Source: Candidatus Omnitrophota bacterium (GTDB taxonomy: Bacteria > Omnitrophota > Gorgyraeia > 2-01-FULL-45-10). From it: DNA of 64,000 nucleotides. The notes beneath the pieces are model-generated. The model was not told the origin of the DNA. It worked only from the letters and a program-made list of their open reading frames with translations, and did no database searches. Location of the stretch: contig PLNN01000019.1 in assembly GCA_003142795.1 (NCBI GenBank), forward strand, positions 51,991-115,990, written 5' to 3'. The first letter of the stretch is position 1. Each line of letters opens with the position of its first letter. Below are positions 50,001-55,499 of the stretch, one piece after another. Position numbers and translations under genes: made by a program.

Positions 50001-50177
50001 ACGATGTCTTTCGAGGAATTGCAGAAGCTGGGAAGCGATTTCCTCGATGCGAATGGCATGCCTAGCCTGTTAGCGAAGATAGAACTGGTAAAACGGCTAT
50101 TGATAACGCTGCCTGCTAAACCATTCAATGCCGACGACGATCTTCACAGGCGCCGCGAAGTTCTCTGGAGCGTGTAA
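38001..50177 (+). CDS. Giant secreted multidomain protein (4058 aa): N-terminal conserved domain, NTP-transferase-like motif, LbH, phosphohexomutase domain, transaldolase domain and cupin-like segments
   Basis: Uninterrupted ORF with a strong RBS (aaggagag, 6-nt spacer, ATG 38001). The N-terminal signal-peptide-like segment is [22 protein letters not shown]. The embedded enzyme domains are listed as separate features. Confidence 0.85.
   Translation: [4058 protein letters not shown]
38225..39515 (+). other. Conserved N-terminal domain, paralogue of ORF2 28415-29700
   Basis: See the ORF2 domain feature. Protein identity across the domain is about 30-35% by eye. Confidence 0.35.
41987..42031 (+). 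other. Degenerate NTP-transferase glycine-rich motif ([15 protein letters not shown]) in ORF3
   Basis: Aligns with ORF2 IIAGGKGTRFSPGG but has GKAER in place of GxGTR. Confidence 0.3.
43200..43440 (+). other. Hexapeptide-repeat (LbH) segment in ORF3
   Basis: [70 protein letters not shown]. Confidence 0.4.
43700..45520 (+). other. Complete alpha-D-phosphohexomutase (PGM/PMM superfamily) domain embedded in ORF3
   Basis: It has the N-terminal [10 protein letters not shown] motif, the catalytic-serine loop [11 protein letters not shown] (equivalent to TASHNP), the metal loop TTDGDSDRP (DGDxDR) and the phosphate-binding loop [15 protein letters not shown] (RxSGTEPxxRxY-like). It is collinear with the free-standing paralogue at 58964-60622. 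Confidence 0.8.
45700..46560 (+). other. Complete transaldolase-family domain embedded in ORF3
   Basis: It is collinear with E. coli TalB. [13 protein letters not shown] aligns with [28 protein letters not shown] aligns with [57 protein letters not shown] aligns with [40 protein letters not shown], with the Schiff-base Lys conserved. [11 protein letters not shown] aligns with ISPFVGRILDW. Confidence 0.8.
48900..49450 (+). other. Cupin-like segments in ORF3, possibly mannose-6-phosphate isomerase type II-like
   Basis: [57 protein letters not shown] and [34 protein letters not shown] have the G(X)5HXH...E...G...P.G..H...N shape. No strict motif was verified. Confidence 0.3.
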
Positions 50178-50196
50178 TCTATACGAGGTTATAACT

Positions 50197-52446
50197 ATGA
50201 GTAAGACAATTAAGAGGGCGCTCGGCGCCCTCTTAATTTTAGTGTTTGCCGTCCAGACCTGCTATTGCGGGGATATTTCATCCGCTCCCTCAAAAGCACG
50301 CACAGACAAACTTGCCCCGAAAACCCTTTTCCAGAAAGCGTTCGCTCCCGAAAATTCCGAAGAATTCAGGAATTCCATCCTATCCGATGTCCGTTTGCTG
50401 ACACTCTCATTTTCTATCGCATTTCATTTTCTGGAAGACCGTCCCAACTACCCGAATTTAAAAGGCCCCCACGACCTTAATACTATCGTAAGAAATGAAT
50501 TCAGGAATGACAAGTCTCTTATAGATACTTTGGACAACAACATCAATCTTGCCGGTGTTCGCCACGAAGACGGCATAGTCTATGTCCCGGTTAAACGGGA
50601 CGGCAAAAATTACGAAGTCAAAATATGCACGAAGAAGGCATTCGACTCGCTCGGCTCAATAGAATCCCAGTGGTGCGTCTCGCCGCGTTTCGTAATACAG
50701 GCAGTTGAGATAAAAGCGAATCGAGACAAAAGGCGCGAGGCGCTGAGCGGCAATGATGCGGCAGTCCTCGCAAAATTCGAAGAGACGATAAGAAGGTTAG
50801 TCGGTGAAGGCAGGACAATAATCTGGTTTTCCGACATGGATGGGACGTTTACGGCTTCCGGCGGCAAGGCCGCCGATCGAGCCGTGCGAAACGTGCGGTG
50901 TATAACCACGCATAAAAATGATTTTTTTGTTGTCATAACGGGCGTTGGTTCCAACGCTTTGCGCCGACAGATACTCGACTTAAGCCAAAGGGAAGCAATG
51001 TCGGCAGACTCTGAAAGGGATTTGAGAAATCTGTTCGGCGCGTCGAATAACGGTTCCGAAATATATGTCTATAGCCTGAAAAACCACACTTTTGTGCGGG
51101 AATCATATGTGAATATAAAAGATTTTCTCGGGGGTAAATATCTGGAGCTTATAAATGCCCTCAACAGGTGCATACTTGGGATGAAGATGCAAAAGATGCT
51201 TAAAGACGTGACGGGTCAAGACGATTTTAGAGGGAGTCCGATCGACGCACGGCCAAGCCCGGAATACCCGTCTCAGATATCGTTAATGGTCCTGGGCAGT
51301 AAGGCGACGGATGAGGACAAGGATCATTTCGAAAAAGCGGAGAAAGATCCGAAGTCGCCGTATTACGAGGTGAGGGAGAGGGTCTATCTGCCTTTTCTTA
51401 AAGAAATGCTGCGCTCCTTAGGGATAAATGTCGAAGTGAGGGTATCCGGCAAGAGCTCCCTCGATATCACGGTCATCAACAAGGCGGATGCCATCCGGAT
51501 GATACTTTACAGGCTTAAAAAAGTCGGCAGGCTGCCAAAGAAAGAGGCGCCCGTAATCATCTTCTCCGGCGACGCCTTCGGCGCCAACGAGAACGATGAG
51601 CCGGCAATCGATGTAGCGGACATCGTCATAAACGTCGGCAAAGATATCCCGCGCGCAAGATTCGAAGGCAGGGAATATTTCTCTCTTCCCGATACCAACC
51701 AGGACGGCCTTAATAAGTTTTTAGAAGCATACATCATGGCGAAATTCCCGAATCCATCCATGAGCGACAACGAGCCACTCATCGGTAACGGCTTTAACTC
51801 TGAGGACATGGCAAGAGACGAAATAATAAAGACATCGGAAGAAAAAAGGATGGAACGCATCCATGATATCCACATGAGTCTCTATCCTGGCGTTCCCGAA
51901 GGCAAAACCCTTTATCGCGTAATGCAGGTCGAACATGTCCCGATTTCGATGCGCGCGAAACTTATCCCGGCCATTTCCAGATTGAATAGGGAACATCCGG
52001 AGTTGCAGGAAAAGATAGAGATAGTGGAAGGGAAAGATATTATCGGCAGGGTAAAAGAACTTATAAATGACCCGAACAATATAGTGATGGTCGCCGTAGC
52101 GGACGAGCAATATTTAAAGGACCTTCCCGAGCTTCCGGATACGAAGGATAAGGAAAAAAGCAGGTTAAGGGCGCTTGTTTTCCGGGGAGATGCCCAACTG
52201 GAATGTGTCCTAGCCGCGCTGAGGGCTCTTTATCTGGATGATATCGGCGCATTAAGGGAACTTTATGAGTTGGCGTCAGGCAATAAATTGGCAGCGAGCG
52301 ACCAGGAGATTATCAACGCTATAAACAATCCTCGGGAACTTGCCCGTAAGATCATATTCAATTTTAAGCCTATCCGCGTAGAGACACAGGACATGCAGGA
52401 GAGGCTTGACAGAAGGCTCGTCGAGCTGATCCGCGAGGCGGCATAA
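50197..52446 (+). CDS. Secreted HAD-IIB family hydrolase-like protein, about 750 aa
   Basis: RBS acgagg 9 nt upstream of ATG 50197. The ORF-track start at 50128 lies inside ORF3 and is rejected. The signal peptide is MSKTIKRALGALLILVFAVQTCYC. HAD motif I FSDMDGTFT is perfect (50833-50847). Motif III K...IIFSGDAFGANENDE is IIB-type, as in MPGP, SPP and T6PP. Confidence 0.7.
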   Translation: MSKTIKRALGALLILVFAVQTCYCGDISSAPSKARTDKLAPKTLFQKAFAPENSEEFRNSILSDVRLLTLSFSIAFHFLEDRPNYPNLKGPHDLNTIVRNEFRNDKSLIDTLDNNINLAGVRHEDGIVYVPVKRDGKNYEVKICTKKAFDSLGSIESQWCVSPRFVIQAVEIKANRDKRREALSGNDAAVLAKFEETIRRLVGEGRTIIWFSDMDGTFTASGGKAADRAVRNVRCITTHKNDFFVVITGVGSNALRRQILDLSQREAMSADSERDLRNLFGASNNGSEIYVYSLKNHTFVRESYVNIKDFLGGKYLELINALNRCILGMKMQKMLKDVTGQDDFRGSPIDARPSPEYPSQISLMVLGSKATDEDKDHFEKAEKDPKSPYYEVRERVYLPFLKEMLRSLGINVEVRVSGKSSLDITVINKADAIRMILYRLKKVGRLPKKEAPVIIFSGDAFGANENDEPAIDVADIVINVGKDIPRARFEGREYFSLPDTNQDGLNKFLEAYIMAKFPNPSMSDNEPLIGNGFNSEDMARDEIIKTSEEKRMERIHDIHMSLYPGVPEGKTLYRVMQVEHVPISMRAKLIPAISRLNREHPELQEKIEIVEGKDIIGRVKELINDPNNIVMVAVADEQYLKDLPELPDTKDKEKSRLRALVFRGDAQLECVLAALRALYLDDIGALRELYELASGNKLAASDQEIINAINNPRELARKIIFNFKPIRVETQDMQERLDRRLVELIREAA

Positions 52447-52500
52447 GGTCCTTTTTGCCCTTGACGGAATAAATGCTGTATGATAACCTAATCTTCCATT

Positions 52501-53529
52501 ATGAAGACACTCAGATCTGGCATCATTGGATGCGGCACCATCTTTCCGATGCACGCCCAATCGATCAAGAATATAAAAGAAGCACGGCTTGTCGCCGTAT
52601 GCGACATTAAAAAAGACCGCGCAAGGGATAAAGCTAAAAAGTATGCCTGCGCCGGTTATACCGATTACAAAAAGATGTTCGCCGAAACACATCTCGACGT
52701 AGTCCATATCTGCACTCCTCATTACCTTCACATGCCGATGATCATCGAAGCGGCCAAACGGAAAATAAACGTAATAAGCGAAAAGCCGATGGCCCTCAAC
52801 CCGGAACAGGCCAAAAAAGAGATCGCGGCAGCAAAAAAGAATAAAATTACTTTTGGTGTAATATTCCAGAACAGGTTCAATCCCGGCTCGCAGCTTGTAA
52901 AAAGCAGGATAGACGACAAAAGTCTTGGTAAATTAAAAGCCGCGAAACTCGTTCTCACATATCATAAACCGGACAGTTATTATAAGAAGAGCGACTGGAA
53001 GGGCAGGCTCAACAAAGAGGGCGGCGGCGTAGTAATTGACCAGGCCATTCATTACCTGGATATAGTCCGATGGCTTATCCCAAGCCCCATCGGCTATGTC
53101 GAAGCGAAATGCTCGAACCGCATGCACACATTTACGGATGTCGAAGACTCAGCCGAGGGCATAGTTAAATTCAAGAACGGATTTTACCTGTGTTTCTACC
53201 TGATCAATTGTTATTCATTCGATGACGATCCTTTTATCGACATCGATTGCGAAAAGGCAAGGGTTCACATAGTCAAAGACTCGGCTTACATAGGATACAA
53301 GAACGGCAGGAACGAGAAGGCTGAGCCCGGAGCGGATGAATATATAGATTATGGCGACGGAGTAAGGGATTACTGGGGTTATTGCCACTTTAACGAGATA
53401 CGCGAGTTCTATCGCTCATTGGCTGCAGGTAAGAAGCCCGCCGTAACCGCGGAAGACGCTAAAAAGACACAGGACCTCATATGGGCTATATATGAATCGT
53501 CCAAACGCGGCAAAAAAATATATCTATAA
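52501..53529 (+). CDS. Gfo/Idh/MocA family NAD(P)-dependent oxidoreductase
   Basis: N-terminal Rossmann motif GIIGCGTIFPMHAQ, the EKP motif (ISEKPMAL), and a C-terminal alpha/beta dimerisation region typical of the family. Confidence 0.85.
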   Translation: MKTLRSGIIGCGTIFPMHAQSIKNIKEARLVAVCDIKKDRARDKAKKYACAGYTDYKKMFAETHLDVVHICTPHYLHMPMIIEAAKRKINVISEKPMALNPEQAKKEIAAAKKNKITFGVIFQNRFNPGSQLVKSRIDDKSLGKLKAAKLVLTYHKPDSYYKKSDWKGRLNKEGGGVVIDQAIHYLDIVRWLIPSPIGYVEAKCSNRMHTFTDVEDSAEGIVKFKNGFYLCFYLINCYSFDDDPFIDIDCEKARVHIVKDSAYIGYKNGRNEKAEPGADEYIDYGDGVRDYWGYCHFNEIREFYRSLAAGKKPAVTAEDAKKTQDLIWAIYESSKRGKKIYL

Positions 53530-53538
53530 AATAAGATT

Positions 53539-53580
53539 TTGATTTTTTAGTATGATTTTAGTATAATAATCATACTTTTT
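53539..53580 (+). promoter_or_regulatory. Near-consensus sigma-70 promoter (TTGATT-17-TATAAT) overlapping an inverted repeat and T-tract (agtatgatt/aatcatact, then tttt)
   Basis: The -35 TTGATT is at 53539-53544 and the -10 TATAAT at 53562-53567, with an exact 17-bp spacer. The -10 sits in the loop of a 9-bp AT-rich inverted repeat (53549-53576) followed by TTTT. This could act as a promoter for 53619, a weak terminator for 52501, or both. Confidence 0.45.
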
Positions 53581-53618
53581 GTTAGATTAGAACCAAAATT
53601 TTAGAAAGGGAAACAGCA

Positions 53619-54656
53619 ATGGCAGTAAGGATCGGAATTATCGGCTGCGGGAAGATAGCTGATAGGGCAAGTTTACCGAATCTGGTGAACTATAGGGGGA
53701 AAGCGGAAGTAAAGGTATTGTGTGATGTCGATGTGTCAAAAGCTAAGGCTCTGAAAGATAAATTCGAACTATGCGGCGCCGATGTGGTAAAGGACTGGAA
53801 GAAGCTCATTACCAGAAAAGACATCGACGCTGTTTTTGTCGATACTCCAAATTATTTACATGAGGAGATGACGGTAGGGGCCGCGGAAAATAAGAAGCAT
53901 ATCCTTGTGGAAAAACCTATAGCTATAACGGTCAAGAGTGCCGATAAAATGATAAAAGCCGCCAAATCTAACGGCGTCTATCTTATGGTCGAGCAGACGC
54001 ACAGGTTCAATCCCATTCATCAGGCGGCGAAGAAGGTCCTTGAATCGGGGATGCTCGGGAAGATACATAATATAAGAGGCAGGATCGGGCATGCCGGCCC
54101 GGAATACTGGTCTGAGGGCAAGGCTCACTGGTTCTACGACAAGAAGAGATCCGGCGGCGGCGCCATGGTAGATATAGGCGTGCACATCACAGACCTCATC
54201 AGATGGTTCGCGGCTAAGCCGATCACTGAAGTATTTGCTACGATAAGGACTATCGAAAAGGGCGTAAAGGTTGACGACAACGCGACGGTACTATTAAAAT
54301 TCGAGGACGGCTCAAAGGGCGAGATAGAATGCAGCTGGACGACAAGGCCGTATGAGGTCATGACGTTCGCTTACGGCACAAAAGGCAAGATGATGACAAA
54401 CCTCGGCGCTGATAAACCGATCAAAGTGGTCATAGCCAATACGAATAAAGGTGAAGATCCGAACTGTACCCTCGAAGAATTATATCCTGAGGTCGGACCG
54501 GGCGGCGACTGGGAAAATTCAGTCCATTACTTTGTAGATTGCCTGGTTAAGGGCGAGCGGCCATCCGTTTCGGGCGAAGAAGGCCGTGAGACGATCCGCA
54601 TTATCAGCTCAGCGTATGAGTCGAATGAATCGGGAAAGTGGGTAAAAATAAAATGA
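53619..54656 (+). CDS. Gfo/Idh/MocA family oxidoreductase
   Basis: RBS aaaggga upstream. Motifs are IGIIGCGKIADRA and VEKPIAI, followed by the conserved HRFNP region. Confidence 0.85.
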   Translation: MAVRIGIIGCGKIADRASLPNLVNYRGKAEVKVLCDVDVSKAKALKDKFELCGADVVKDWKKLITRKDIDAVFVDTPNYLHEEMTVGAAENKKHILVEKPIAITVKSADKMIKAAKSNGVYLMVEQTHRFNPIHQAAKKVLESGMLGKIHNIRGRIGHAGPEYWSEGKAHWFYDKKRSGGGAMVDIGVHITDLIRWFAAKPITEVFATIRTIEKGVKVDDNATVLLKFEDGSKGEIECSWTTRPYEVMTFAYGTKGKMMTNLGADKPIKVVIANTNKGEDPNCTLEELYPEVGPGGDWENSVHYFVDCLVKGERPSVSGEEGRETIRIISSAYESNESGKWVKIK

Positions 54657-55468
54657 AGCTCGGGCTTTGCACTTGGTCATACAACAGGACATTTGCCGCA
54701 AGAAAAATGGACCTGGAAAAACTGATGCACGTATGCGCGGATGATCTGAAAGTGGGCGGCATGGATATAATCGACGTTCATTTTAAGTCAGGTGACCCCG
54801 CCGTTCTTTTGAAAGACATGGATTATCTCTTAAAGATAAAAAGATTAGCGACGGACCTCGCGATAACGATATCGGCAGTCTCGCCTGGAAACAGCTTTGG
54901 CAAGGATAAGGAGTCCGATGAGAAGGCGGAAGTAGAAAAGATAAACAAATGGACCGATGTGGCCTATGTCCTCGGCTCGCCGAACTTAAGGATATTCGCA
55001 GGATGGGCGCCAAAAGAGAGACACGAAGAGCTTTGGCCGAAGGTCGTGAAGAGCATTAAAGAGTGCGCCGCTTATTCGGCGAAAAAAGGCATTACGCTCG
55101 CGATCGAATCTCACAACGGCGGCGGATACCTTCCGACGTCGATAGAGACTCACAAGCTGCTCAATGACGTGAATTCTCCCTGGGTTAAGCTGAATCTTGA
55201 TACAGGAAATTACCAGGACCCGGATATGTATGACGCCCTGAAAAGATCCATGCCTTATACAACACACATGCACTGCAAGATCCATGAGCTTTCGAAAGAT
55301 GGCAAAGAGCTGCAGTTCGATTTCGATAAGATATTCAAGATACTAAAGGAAACAAATTACCGCGGTTTCTTCAACGTAGAATACGAAGGCAAGGAAGAAG
55401 AATTGTCCTATGTTCCGATCGCGTTCGCGATGGTGCGGCAGTTCATGAAAAAATACGAGGTATTCTGA
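54653..55468 (+). CDS. Sugar phosphate isomerase/epimerase (xylose-isomerase-like TIM barrel)
   Basis: The start ATG at 54653 overlaps the upstream stop (ATGA), indicating translational coupling. The upstream in-frame ATG at 54638 is rejected. MKLGLCTWSYNRTF and the E/H metal-ligand pattern (ESHNGG...DTGN...EYEG) are typical of AP-endonuclease-2/XylA-like TIM barrels. Confidence 0.75.
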   Translation: MKLGLCTWSYNRTFAARKMDLEKLMHVCADDLKVGGMDIIDVHFKSGDPAVLLKDMDYLLKIKRLATDLAITISAVSPGNSFGKDKESDEKAEVEKINKWTDVAYVLGSPNLRIFAGWAPKERHEELWPKVVKSIKECAAYSAKKGITLAIESHNGGGYLPTSIETHKLLNDVNSPWVKLNLDTGNYQDPDMYDALKRSMPYTTHMHCKIHELSKDGKELQFDFDKIFKILKETNYRGFFNVEYEGKEEELSYVPIAFAMVRQFMKKYEVF

Positions 55469-55499
55469 GATATAGGGACCGGTAGCCAGAGGATAACGG

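Noticed and set aside
50128-50196. ORF-track start at 50128 for the HAD-like gene
   Set aside because: It would overlap the last 50 nt of ORF3. ATG 50197 has a proper RBS (acgagg) and begins a signal peptide.
52447-52500. TTGACG at 52461-52466 with a TATGAT or TGATAA downstream, as a promoter for the first oxidoreductase
   Set aside because: Spacer lengths (12-14 bp) are outside the functional 16-19 bp range, so it is not called.
54638-54652. ORF-track start at 54638 (MGKNK...) for the sugar-phosphate isomerase
   Set aside because: ATG 54653 forms an ATGA stop and start overlap with the upstream oxidoreductase. That is the usual coupled arrangement, and the product then starts with MKLGLCTW as homologues do.
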